Assembly (NCBI GenBank): GCA_937870915.1
Contig: CALMZQ010000183.1
Coordinates: forward strand, 60,317 to 124,316
Direction of reading: 5' to 3'
DNA from: an uncultured Ignavibacteria bacterium
Lineage (GTDB): Bacteria; Bacteroidota; Ignavibacteria; Kapaibacteriales; Kapaibacteriaceae
Length of the DNA: 64,000 nt
Shown here: positions 1-8,589 of the stretch, piece after piece
How positions within the stretch are numbered: the stretch's first letter is position 1
Layout of the letters: every line of letters begins with the position of its first letter
Program-made: the position numbers and the translations under genes
The notes under the pieces: generated by a model
Database searches by the model: none
Told to the model about the DNA's origin: nothing
What the model saw: the letters and a program-made list of their open reading frames with translations, nothing else

Positions 1-1
1 C

Positions 2-109
2 TTGGACGCAGGAGCACCCTTCAACGATGCTTTGACCTTTGTTCCTGACTATCAACAGGAGTTTAAACAGCAAACAGAGAACATCGATCAACGAACCGCC
101 ACTTCGTAA
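2..109 (+). CDS. Possible 3' end of an upstream gene of unknown function; partial, the window begins inside it
   Basis: Open frame from position 2 to a TAA at 107-109 (...DALTFVPDYQQEFKQQTENIDQRTATS). No recognisable motif; it could equally be non-coding. Confidence 0.2.
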   Translation: MDAGAPFNDALTFVPDYQQEFKQQTENIDQRTATS

Positions 110-124
110 GCCCACTCCTCACTG

Positions 125-194
125 TTCGCTGTTCTCCGTTCGCTATTCGCTATTCACTATTCGCTATTCACTATTCGCTACTCGCTATTCACTA
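125..194. repeat. Tandem heptanucleotide repeat (TTCGCTA / TTCACTA), about 10 units, 33 bp upstream of the purB start
   Basis: Read directly: ttcgctg ttctccg ttcgcta ttcgcta ttcacta ttcgcta ttcacta ttcgcta ctcgcta ttcacta. It lies between an upstream stop at 109 and the purB ATG at 227. Confidence 0.85.
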
Positions 195-226
195 TTTTCG
201 CCTTTCCCCAACAACGCCACTGAACA

Positions 227-1522
227 ATGATCCAACGGTATACTCGACCCGACATGGGGGCCATTTGGTCCGATGAGAATAAATATGCTATCTGGCTGGA
301 GATCGAGGTCCTGGCTTGTGAAGCTCAGGCAGAACTTGGCGTAATACCGAAGGATGCTGTAGCGGAGATCCGTGCCAAGGCAGCGTTTAATGTGGAGCGT
401 ATCCTCGAGATCGAGGAGATTACAAAACATGATGTGATAGCATTTACGACCAATGTGGCGGAGTATGTTGGTCCTGCATCACGGTTTATTCATATGGGCA
501 TGACGTCCAGCGACGTGCTCGATACCTGTCTCGGAGTTCAGCTCAAACAAGCTGGTGAACTGATCCTCGCTGATTTGATTTCCTTACGTGACATTCTTGC
601 GCGTAGGGCAAGGGAATTCAAATACACTGTATGTATTGGCCGCTCTCACGGAATCCATGCCGAGCCAACAACATTTGGATTAAAACTCGCACTCTGGCAC
701 GAAGAGTGTAAACGCAGTATTGAGCGCATGCAACGCGCCATCGAAACGATCAGCGTTGGAATGATCTCGGGTGCGGTAGGAACGTTTGAACACCTCTCTC
801 CAGAAGTTGAAGAATATGTCTGTGCTAAACTCGGACTCACGCCAGCCCCTGTGAGTACCCAGGTGATTCAGCGAGACAGACATGCAGAATTCCTCACAAC
901 CTTGGCAATCGTTGGTGCATTCTTAGAGAAGATTGCAACGGAGATTCGCCATCTGCAACGAACCGAGGTGTTGGAAGCAGAAGAGTATTTCTCTCCCGGA
1001 CAAAAGGGCTCATCGGCCATGCCGCACAAACGCAATCCAATCCTCAGTGAACGTATCTGCGGAATGGCCCGTATTCTTCGAGGTAATGCCATGGCTGCTA
1101 TCGAGAATAACGCCCTATGGCACGAACGTGATATCTCACATAGCTCTGTTGAACGGGTGATCTGTCCGGACTCAACAATTGCTCTCGACTATATGTTGCA
1201 TTTGGCAACGGGGCTCATCGATAAGTTGCTTGTCTATCCGGACGCCATGAAGCGTAACCTGGGACTCACACACGGGCTTCCGTTCTCACAAAGCGTAATG
1301 CTTGCCCTCGTCCGTAAGGACGTCACACGTGAAGACGCGTATAAGATGGTGCAGCGGAACGCTATGCAAACGTGGCAGACAAAAACACCACTGCGAGAGA
1401 CCCTCGGCGAAGACTCCGAGATCATGTCATTCTTCACCTCAGAAGAGCTAGATGCCATCTTCGATGATGCTCGCATGTTGAAGAACGTTGATGCGATATT
1501 TGCTCGCTGCGGCTTAGTCTGA
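227..1522 (+). CDS. purB: Adenylosuccinate lyase
   Basis: 431 aa with an ATG start at 227. N-terminus [20 protein letters not shown] and the overall length and motif pattern are typical of PurB (fumarate-lyase superfamily, GSSxMPxKxN-type region '[10 protein letters not shown]'). Confidence 0.95.
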   Translation: MIQRYTRPDMGAIWSDENKYAIWLEIEVLACEAQAELGVIPKDAVAEIRAKAAFNVERILEIEEITKHDVIAFTTNVAEYVGPASRFIHMGMTSSDVLDTCLGVQLKQAGELILADLISLRDILARRAREFKYTVCIGRSHGIHAEPTTFGLKLALWHEECKRSIERMQRAIETISVGMISGAVGTFEHLSPEVEEYVCAKLGLTPAPVSTQVIQRDRHAEFLTTLAIVGAFLEKIATEIRHLQRTEVLEAEEYFSPGQKGSSAMPHKRNPILSERICGMARILRGNAMAAIENNALWHERDISHSSVERVICPDSTIALDYMLHLATGLIDKLLVYPDAMKRNLGLTHGLPFSQSVMLALVRKDVTREDAYKMVQRNAMQTWQTKTPLRETLGEDSEIMSFFTSEELDAIFDDARMLKNVDAIFARCGLV

Positions 1523-1524
1523 TC

Positions 1525-3024
1525 GTGAAAACTACACTAGCGATTGTAGTACTTCTTGCCTCAATTGTAGGAGGGTTGGCGATAGCCGGTTCTGAGCCGG
1601 ACAATGGAGCTGACCTAGCAGAACGGTATTGCCAGTCGTGTCATGTAAAGCCCCTTCCCGAACACCTCGACAAAACAACGTGGGTTGCCAAGGTATTCCC
1701 GGTGATGAGACAATATCTTGGCATGGATCAAATCCCGCAACGGGAGAAACTTCCCCACGACCTTCAGGCATTCTACCCTACGTTTCCGGCAATGACGGAA
1801 GATGAATGGTTCAGCGTTGCACAATGGTATATCGACAATGCGCCCGCTGTACTACCACCCCCTCCGTCTATTGATGTACAGGGCATTTCGGCACAGTTCG
1901 AGTCGGTCCTCATTCAACGGGCAATTGATATTCCGATGACGACACTTGTGCGTTTTGATGTACCGCGTAAGCGCCTGATCATCGGAGACGGAATGGACAA
2001 CACACTACACGTAACAGATGCAAAAGGGGCTCCTGTTGCAACTGTTCAACTCAATGGTCCACCTTCTAGTGTAGACGTTCAGCCCGATGCGTGGTATGTA
2101 ACGGATATGGGAAAGTTACTACCGCACGACTCCGCAATTGGACGGCTCTTGAAGATCACGTGGGTTAACGATGTACCTACGTCAACCGTAATCCTAGATA
2201 CACTGCGCAGGCCAACTCACGTTATTGTTGCAGACCTAAATAGTGACAAACGCAAGGACTTTCTTGTGTGCGAATATGGCAACCTCATTGGCCGTTTTGG
2301 TTGGTACGAGATCGATGCAAGGGGCAGATCACAGTACCATGAGCTTGCGGCTCAACCGGGTGCGATTCGTGCAGATGTACGAGATGTGAATGGTGACAAA
2401 CGCCCAGATATCGTTGTGTTGATGGCCCAGGCCAGAGAGGGACTCGTTGCTTATATCAACAAAGGCAAGGGAGTTTTCACCGCCAAAGATCTTATCACAT
2501 TCCCACCCTGTTTCGGCTCGTCGTCTTTTGCCTTTACAGATGTTGATGGCGATGGTACGGAAGAGATCGTGATCACAACAGGTGATAACGGCGACTACGA
2601 TGACCCTCCGTTAAAGCCTTATCATGGCGTATACGTTTATAGCGCTGACGTGAAGGGCAACTATTTGCAGAAGTCGTTTCAGCGTCTCGATGGTGCCTAT
2701 GGTGCCTTTATTCGGGACTTTAATGGAGATGGTTCAAAAGACATGGTCTCTTATGCCTACTTCCCTCGGTTTGATCGAGGAGATATTGACTTTGTCCGAT
2801 TTGATGTAGGCTATGGAACTGCTACTGCAAAGACATGGAGAATACCACATTCGGGTGACGGTCGCTGGCTTGTATCAGACATTGCTGATGCAGACGGCGA
2901 CGGAGATCTGGATATTCTCCTTGGCAACGTATCGATGGGTCCAGGACGCACGCCCGAAGAGCTCTCGCAACGGTGGATGCAAGGGGGCGTTGTTGCGCTG
3001 TATTTGAAGAACGCACATCGGTGA
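1525..3024 (+). CDS. Secreted cytochrome c domain fused to an FG-GAP/ASPIC (CRTAC1/UnbV-like) beta-propeller repeat protein
   Basis: GTG start 2 bp after the purB stop. Signal peptide present. A CQSCH haem-binding motif (CxxCH) is near the N-terminus. Multiple Asp-rich FG-GAP-like repeats follow (DLNSDKRKD, DVNGDKRPD, DVDGDGTEE, DFNGDGSKD, DADGDGDLD). Confidence 0.75.
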   Translation: MKTTLAIVVLLASIVGGLAIAGSEPDNGADLAERYCQSCHVKPLPEHLDKTTWVAKVFPVMRQYLGMDQIPQREKLPHDLQAFYPTFPAMTEDEWFSVAQWYIDNAPAVLPPPPSIDVQGISAQFESVLIQRAIDIPMTTLVRFDVPRKRLIIGDGMDNTLHVTDAKGAPVATVQLNGPPSSVDVQPDAWYVTDMGKLLPHDSAIGRLLKITWVNDVPTSTVILDTLRRPTHVIVADLNSDKRKDFLVCEYGNLIGRFGWYEIDARGRSQYHELAAQPGAIRADVRDVNGDKRPDIVVLMAQAREGLVAYINKGKGVFTAKDLITFPPCFGSSSFAFTDVDGDGTEEIVITTGDNGDYDDPPLKPYHGVYVYSADVKGNYLQKSFQRLDGAYGAFIRDFNGDGSKDMVSYAYFPRFDRGDIDFVRFDVGYGTATAKTWRIPHSGDGRWLVSDIADADGDGDLDILLGNVSMGPGRTPEELSQRWMQGGVVALYLKNAHR

Positions 3025-5076
3025 TCATTCGATAATGATGCCAAAGGTTCGTTGCCTACCGTCCTTGATCAATGTAAGAAAGACGAGTCCATGAACACCG
3101 ATAGGAACGGTTGTAGATAGCTGACTTCCTGTGCGCACATCATCATGGAAGATTGTTTTACCAAGCACATCGGTCAACACGATACCGTCTACCTCAGCCG
3201 TGATCTGCCGTCCGCGTATGGAGTACACCGGCGTAAACATCCGGACGAGTCGAGTTCTTTCACTTTCATCACACAGTCCATCAACTGTGAACGTCCCGTG
3301 TTCACGCATGAGCTCGCGAACGGTTGTGTCGATTTCTACTTTCTCAACTCGAAGCAAGATCTGAGCTGAGTCTCCAAGCGCAACACGCACACTGGCTCTA
3401 CGGTAGGTTGTGCCAGTTCGGGCACTGAGGGAGAATGGAAACTCCATGGAGATCACGGTATCATTGAGGCGAACTGCATTTCTAAGAGGAAGAAGTGTTG
3501 TTGCCCGCATAGTAACCCATACGGTACCACGTACCGTACGCTGGTTAACAGGCTCAGTGCGAACACGGAGATACAGATCAACTGTATCTCCTGGGTAGCC
3601 ATGAGCATTGTCTACATGGACAATCAGCTTTGGTAAGGCCGAAACGTGCGGAGCGATCAATACCGAATCAATCACGATACATCCATCTTCCGTAGTCACT
3701 TCAACCACACACCACGTAGGCTCTGTGATTGGCCCGGTACGTGCTGAGTCACCAGTTCCATTGATGGGTGTTAGGTTGCCTCTCCATGTATACCTACTCC
3801 CACCTACGGCAACAACAACTGTAGAGCTACCTTCCTTGACAATGGTGTCTTGCGCCATTAGGGCAACGCGCGCATTGCGTGTATTGCCAATTGGAATGCC
3901 ACGTGCCGATGTAGAGATTCCATCAGCCCCATTCACGGCACCGTACGTACTCGTATCAGCGAGTACATCACAGATCGATGTACCGCTCATACCACCGGAT
4001 ACAATCTCAACAAATGATGATGCAACTCTACGTGACAGGAAGGCAGAAACACCGCCTCCTCCCCCGCCGCCAGGACCGTAATGAAAAAGCGAACCTCGAG
4101 TTGAGCCACCGACTCCTCCCCTTGCAGATGTACTGGATCTACCAACAACGGAATCGGAAATGATGTATATCGATCCACCGCTACCTCCACCGCCACTCCC
4201 ATCTTCGTAGGCGTTTTGCGCAGACTCGCCGTTAGATGTAAATGCTGAGTTCTTAGCAAGGATTAGTTTTGGCGACGTGACGATGATGATGCCTCCGCCA
4301 TGTCCGCCGCGTGTACCATGAAAGTCATTCTGGTGACCGCCACCACCACCACTACCAATGAAGATCCGTGTTGCAGTGCTGGTGTCTTCTACTATTGCTC
4401 CACCGCGGCCGCCTATAGCGAGCCGTTCAAATGCAGACGTCTGGTCACCCCCATTACCGCCGCTACCTGCGAGTGCACCTCCTCCCCCACCTGAGTTTCG
4501 GGCCGATCCACCGAAGGCGGCACCGGGACCTTCCCCATTATAACGATCGTTTCTGGGTCTGCTTGAGTCGATAGTCGAGGTTGTATCACGAGTGTTGACG
4601 CTAACACGACCGCCCCGTCCACCACTCGCATCAGCGTTGATCACGCCCTGTACAATGAGGGAATCCAAACACTCAAGGGCGATGATTCCACCAAACATTC
4701 CATTCCAGGGTAATGTTCGCAATGTGTCTATGATAGTGGCTGAACCGGCCACAAGTACCTTCACCACTTGAAGTCCATGTTGTACATCGTAGGTATGCAC
4801 TCGTGTGGTTGTTAGATGGACAACAGGTCCAATCACTGTATCAATGTAACTGAACTCGCAGAGTCCCGTTGATCGGTCATCAATGCATGTTGTCTGATGC
4901 AGCAGCACCTTGTCTCCACGCCGAAAGATCGAAGCGTCGAGGACCGTGATCGTGCGACGACACTCGTCGAGATCGATCACGGCTGTTGATCGTTGTTGAT
5001 ATCCCGTCCAGGTAGTCTGAGCGATACCATTCAATGCGCAAAGCAGAACTACGATCAGAAGGCAAGTATGCGCCAT
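3025..5076 (-). CDS. Secreted glycine-rich beta-helical repeat protein (PMP-like GGxI / FxxN motifs) with a T9SS-type C-terminal sorting domain
   Basis: 683 aa. Signal peptide MAHTCLLIVVLLCALNGIAQ. Central Gly-rich tracts (GGGGGALAGSGGNGG, GGAIVEDTS, GGGIIIV, GGSIYII, FTSN). The last ~80 aa (…VLTDVLGKTIF…GVHGLVFLTLIKDGRQRTFGIIIE) resemble a Por/T9SS C-terminal domain. Confidence 0.6.
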   Translation of the reverse strand: MAHTCLLIVVLLCALNGIAQTTWTGYQQRSTAVIDLDECRRTITVLDASIFRRGDKVLLHQTTCIDDRSTGLCEFSYIDTVIGPVVHLTTTRVHTYDVQHGLQVVKVLVAGSATIIDTLRTLPWNGMFGGIIALECLDSLIVQGVINADASGGRGGRVSVNTRDTTSTIDSSRPRNDRYNGEGPGAAFGGSARNSGGGGGALAGSGGNGGDQTSAFERLAIGGRGGAIVEDTSTATRIFIGSGGGGGHQNDFHGTRGGHGGGIIIVTSPKLILAKNSAFTSNGESAQNAYEDGSGGGGSGGSIYIISDSVVGRSSTSARGGVGGSTRGSLFHYGPGGGGGGGVSAFLSRRVASSFVEIVSGGMSGTSICDVLADTSTYGAVNGADGISTSARGIPIGNTRNARVALMAQDTIVKEGSSTVVVAVGGSRYTWRGNLTPINGTGDSARTGPITEPTWCVVEVTTEDGCIVIDSVLIAPHVSALPKLIVHVDNAHGYPGDTVDLYLRVRTEPVNQRTVRGTVWVTMRATTLLPLRNAVRLNDTVISMEFPFSLSARTGTTYRRASVRVALGDSAQILLRVEKVEIDTTVRELMREHGTFTVDGLCDESERTRLVRMFTPVYSIRGRQITAEVDGIVLTDVLGKTIFHDDVRTGSQLSTTVPIGVHGLVFLTLIKDGRQRTFGIIIE

Positions 5077-6476
5077 CGTGCGATCTCCTCATCGTACCAC
5101 ATCATGACTGACGCGTCTTGTTGAAGGAGCAAGTCGTTAGCCCCTTGAAGTCTAAACCTGTTCTCTGGAAGTGAGTCAATACCCTCGTTAACGAGTCGGA
5201 GTACACCATCGGTTACGATAAGAAGGATCATCCGACCGGTGATTCCTCCTGCGCATCCTGTCAATGAAGTCACCGCAGGATCTGCAGCACATCGCAGCAC
5301 TGTGGAACCACTCGTGACAATGTTGTTTACAACCCCCGGCCCGAGGACCAATCCAATTGCCCCCTTAAAGGACACAGAAGAGGCTTCGATGTGGCCACTG
5401 GAGTACAGATCATAGACATAGGTTCTTGTGAGGCCGTCGTAAACATTGGCTGTTGATTGTGTGAGCTGAATTGGCCGAGCGGCATCACTACTACCTAAGT
5501 AGACATCGCCACCATGTGCAACGAGAGCCAGTCCTTCTGCGTCGGTACCAAAACATCCTCCAATTGCAACTGCCCTGCCCGGTGCAACGGACGATGCCGA
5601 TCCTACAACGCCAATGGCTGTACCTGCATGGGATGTGCCAGAGGCATCACTACGCCCGAGGACACCGATGGACGTTGTAAGTGTGCCACCAGCGCCACCA
5701 CGAACCACACTTCCCATTGTACCGACTATCGTATCAGCCGAAACAGTAGAGTTTGTGGCTGCGTGACCTCGAACGCCAACGCGCTCTGTTGATGGTATGG
5801 AGGTATATGATGACGACTGTGAGAGTCCAATGATCCCTATCCCATTTGTGTTGGCAATTGAGACAATTCCAATGTGTCCAGTTCCCGAGGCACTTACTTC
5901 GATTCCTATTCTAGGGGGCGAGGTTCCTCCAATTTCAATGGCCGTTCCACTTCCCGTTGTGAGCGCATTGTATCGAAGGCCTGTGCCACCGGTTATGTCA
6001 ATTCCCGTTGCAAGTGTTGGTCGCAACCCTGCTGATGATCCTCCAATTCGGATCCCCGTACCGATTCCGTTTGAGGTGCTTTGCAACACGATGGCTGCAT
6101 CGTCAACACCACTAGCTCCGATGTCCGTTATGAGGAGCCCCGTACTCGTTGTTGTACCGAGAAGAGACAGGACAAGGGCCCTTCCTCCTATTGCGTCAAC
6201 TGATCCAATACGCATTCGTTCATTGGGAGCGGCACCGATGAGCGGACCAACACTTAACGGGCCACGGATCCAGGTTGTTGCTGCTGCATCGATCTCTAAA
6301 GCTCGGATCGACCCGCCATCGCCGGCGAGAAACCGGATAGGTTGTCCCGCCGGCGCGCGTTGAGCGATGAGGAGCGGCGTGTTAGCCGCAGACTCCAGCC
6401 GGGTCGTACTGAAACCCTGTGCAGACAGTCGCATGCTGCATGGGATCAGTATGAGAATGGTGATTGCAAGAATCAT
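5055..6476 (-). CDS. Secreted Gly/Ile/Thr-rich repeat protein (short xGxGIxIGG-type repeats, beta-helix/fibre-like)
   Basis: 473 aa. N-terminal signal peptide (MILAITILILIPCSMRLSAQ). Reiterated ~12-14 aa units (GIGTGIRIGGSSAG, GTAIEIGGTSPP, RIGIEVSASGTGHIGIV, GTAIGVVGSAS). No T9SS tail recognised. Confidence 0.55.
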   Translation of the reverse strand: MILAITILILIPCSMRLSAQGFSTTRLESAANTPLLIAQRAPAGQPIRFLAGDGGSIRALEIDAAATTWIRGPLSVGPLIGAAPNERMRIGSVDAIGGRALVLSLLGTTTSTGLLITDIGASGVDDAAIVLQSTSNGIGTGIRIGGSSAGLRPTLATGIDITGGTGLRYNALTTGSGTAIEIGGTSPPRIGIEVSASGTGHIGIVSIANTNGIGIIGLSQSSSYTSIPSTERVGVRGHAATNSTVSADTIVGTMGSVVRGGAGGTLTTSIGVLGRSDASGTSHAGTAIGVVGSASSVAPGRAVAIGGCFGTDAEGLALVAHGGDVYLGSSDAARPIQLTQSTANVYDGLTRTYVYDLYSSGHIEASSVSFKGAIGLVLGPGVVNNIVTSGSTVLRCAADPAVTSLTGCAGGITGRMILLIVTDGVLRLVNEGIDSLPENRFRLQGANDLLLQQDASVMMWYDEEIARWRILAF

Positions 6477-6485
6477 CGATGTGCA

Positions 6486-7391
6486 TCAATTAGGCTGTAC
6501 AAGCATCCAAGCAATCTTATCAGCCGGACCAAGCGCTATGGACGTTTCAACGGTGATCGTGTCGTTGATATCGTCGATGGCAGTAAGACTTATTCCGATG
6601 GTTGTACCAGGCGGGTTGATCATCGTCAGGATAGGTATTGTACCCGATGTGATGTTTGTACTCACCGGAATAACATGGATGTAGTTTCCAACAACGGGTA
6701 CGAATATTCCACGCGGGATGTCCTTCCACGGTCGGTCCCATGTAAGGGTGCCACCTGCTGTTGCCGTCAACACCATGCCGTCACTTGCCGGTGCTGATTC
6801 TGGAAGAGTGTAAGTGATGTCTGCTGTTTGTGCACCTGCTTTAAATGCCGAATAGTTTGAGCCACCTGCAGATGGTTCAGCAAATCTTAGTTCGGTGGAC
6901 GTTCCGGAGTTTGACAGCAAAACCGTCTTTGCAATGTCTACGGGAGCATTGGGAAGTGCCGTACCGATTCCAAGGTATCCCTGACGAGGTCCGGGAGTTC
7001 CAATAACGCGGAAAGCTTCGGTAGCATTCGATGCGAGAACAAGATCTTGCGCATTGCTCGTACCCAGATATTGTTCGTTGGCGGCTGTCCCCCCTGTTGT
7101 GATCGATGTGCCGTCGAGTTGCCAGAAGGAAGCATTAGTCCATTCCAGTGAAGCATTCGTACCAGTAACACTCTGGATCGTTAGTGCCTGTCCGGCCACT
7201 CCTGTTGTTGGCGGTAGAGTAAGTGTGTAAGCCGTTACTCCTGTACTGGGCAGAGTCAGCGAGATCGTTGCTGGCTGTGCATTTCGAAGATTCAGCGTAC
7301 CAGTAGTCTGGCTTTGTCCAAAAAGCATTGGAGAGCCCATGGAGATGATCATGAACGTCATGATCGCCAACAAGGTCTTGAGCGTGGTCAT
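6486..7391 (-). CDS. Secreted tail-fibre-like protein with a duplicated 'YTLTLP…G..GQ.LT…G..L.W' motif and a 'YLGIGTALPNAPVDI' motif
   Basis: Start set at the internal ATG at 7391 (MTTLKTLLAIMTFMIISMGSPMLFGQSQ is a signal peptide). Two copies of the motif: TAYTLTLPPTTGVAGQALTIQSVTGTNASLEW and ITYTLPESAPASDGMVLTATAGGTLTW. Confidence 0.55.
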   Translation of the reverse strand: MTTLKTLLAIMTFMIISMGSPMLFGQSQTTGTLNLRNAQPATISLTLPSTGVTAYTLTLPPTTGVAGQALTIQSVTGTNASLEWTNASFWQLDGTSITTGGTAANEQYLGTSNAQDLVLASNATEAFRVIGTPGPRQGYLGIGTALPNAPVDIAKTVLLSNSGTSTELRFAEPSAGGSNYSAFKAGAQTADITYTLPESAPASDGMVLTATAGGTLTWDRPWKDIPRGIFVPVVGNYIHVIPVSTNITSGTIPILTMINPPGTTIGISLTAIDDINDTITVETSIALGPADKIAWMLVQPN

Positions 7392-7432
7392 ACAACATCC
7401 TGCATTGAAGTGAATAATGTGAATCGTGGTGA

Positions 7433-8158
7433 TCAACGTCGGATCTCCCATCGTATCTGTTCTGTTGTCAGCAGTGGTGCAGAGGTCACAAAGACCATCG
7501 TGTTCGTAGCGAGGTCGATGGTGCAACCAGCAGCTATAGTTGTAGTGCCTGCAGCAACACAAAACGTGACATCGTGCTCTGAACGCAGGATCGTACTTGG
7601 TTGCACTCTGAAGATGAAATCACTTCCATTGCCAGCTATCGTGCCTCGTTCGGCAAATGCTGAATCACCTTCTATCATCAAGACGGAGCCGTTACGAGAT
7701 ATGCGAATCCCATTACCGGCATGAACTTTTACACTACCTGCAATCTCATTGATCGACGTAACCACTCCCGTAACGTTCGGCGAGAGTCTCTCAGCAACCT
7801 CTGCGAATGCTGCAACTCGGGCAAATGCCTGCGGAGTGAGCGGAGTTCTGGGAGTACGTTCCGGTGTTCCATCAACACCTACACCCAGATATACCGTACC
7901 GCGTTCCAAGGCATAGATTGGTAGGGGGCTCACAGTACCGAGAACAACCGTGCACTCGCCATTGCGGAGGTCTATTGTGTGGTCTTCTTGGACGAGAGAT
8001 ACGCCCCCTGATGGAACGTCATACCATTGAACAGTGATGGAATGAAGACCATCGGGGGTCTGAGCGTCACCTAGAGTTAGGCGTACTGACACCGTTTCGG
8101 CTACTTGTGCCGTGATGAACGTGGGTACGACGAAGAGGAGGAAGATTGCTGATCGCAT
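7433..8158 (-). CDS. Secreted protein of unknown function; first gene of the secreted-repeat cluster
   Basis: 241 aa. Signal peptide MRSAIFLLFVVPTFITAQ. YLGVGVDGTPERTPRTPLTPQAF motif. It lies 41 bp upstream of the next gene on the same strand. Confidence 0.5.
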   Translation of the reverse strand: MRSAIFLLFVVPTFITAQVAETVSVRLTLGDAQTPDGLHSITVQWYDVPSGGVSLVQEDHTIDLRNGECTVVLGTVSPLPIYALERGTVYLGVGVDGTPERTPRTPLTPQAFARVAAFAEVAERLSPNVTGVVTSINEIAGSVKVHAGNGIRISRNGSVLMIEGDSAFAERGTIAGNGSDFIFRVQPSTILRSEHDVTFCVAAGTTTIAAGCTIDLATNTMVFVTSAPLLTTEQIRWEIRR

Positions 8159-8204
8159 GACGGTCCTTGAGGAAGTCCTGTAGACTTCCTCGTGCCGTCA
8201 GCTA

Positions 8205-8528
8205 TCAAAAACGTGACATTTCAGTTCTACTTGACAACGCAAGCACTGCACACCACAATGAAGAAATGGTCAGTCCACCTACCTCGCGCTCAATCTCCCC
8301 CTCCCACCATTGGCCATTGGTGTGGGAGAACAGCACTATGGCCCAAACAGCAAAAATCACCGCACATGCAGCGGCACCGAGACGAGGCGAGCGACCCGTT
8401 GCCCGCAAAATGCTGAGTAGAGAGCATGCCGCATAGGCTGCGATCCAGATCAATGCGTCTACGTCATTGAGCTGGACAACGGTAAATCCAAGAAATATGG
8501 CGGCCATGATCCATGAGATAACGCGCAT
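8205..8528 (-). CDS. Small membrane protein (three predicted transmembrane segments), unknown function
   Basis: 107 aa with three hydrophobic stretches (VISWIMAAIFLGFTVV, ALIWIAAYAACSLLSIL, LGAAACAVIFAVWAIVLF). It is 46 bp upstream of the secreted-protein cluster. It could be a spurious ORF in a promoter region. Confidence 0.35.
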   Translation of the reverse strand: MRVISWIMAAIFLGFTVVQLNDVDALIWIAAYAACSLLSILRATGRSPRLGAAACAVIFAVWAIVLFSHTNGQWWEGEIEREVGGLTISSLWCAVLALSSRTEMSRF

Positions 8529-8589
8529 CAGAACTCCATGTGTCTATCCGTAGTTTGTATCGATAAACTACCAATCAGAGGAATAATCC

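Noticed and set aside
125-194. Possible CRISPR array
   Set aside because: Units are 7 bp, directly tandem, with no spacers. No cas genes are in the window.
39-230. 63-aa plus-strand ORF running through the heptamer repeat (…CSLFSVRYSLFTIRYSLFATRYSLFS…)
   Set aside because: Its periodic peptide is simply the translation of the 7-bp DNA repeat in one frame. It overlaps the purB start and has no independent support. It is treated as non-coding repeat.
3608-6363. Plus-strand ORFs rich in Pro/Thr/Ala (3608-4081, 4358-4543, 5797-6363) opposite the Gly-rich genes
   Set aside because: These are antisense shadows. GGN glycine codons on the minus strand read as NCC proline on the plus strand. The minus-strand ORFs have signal peptides, fill the space end-to-end, and carry a T9SS tail.
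7392-7562. Longer N-terminal extension of the 6486-7562 ORF (MCCCRHYNYSCWLHH…)
   Set aside because: The Cys/His-rich extension overlaps the upstream gene by 130 bp. The internal ATG at 7391 gives a textbook signal peptide (MTTLKTLLAIMTFMIISMG) instead.
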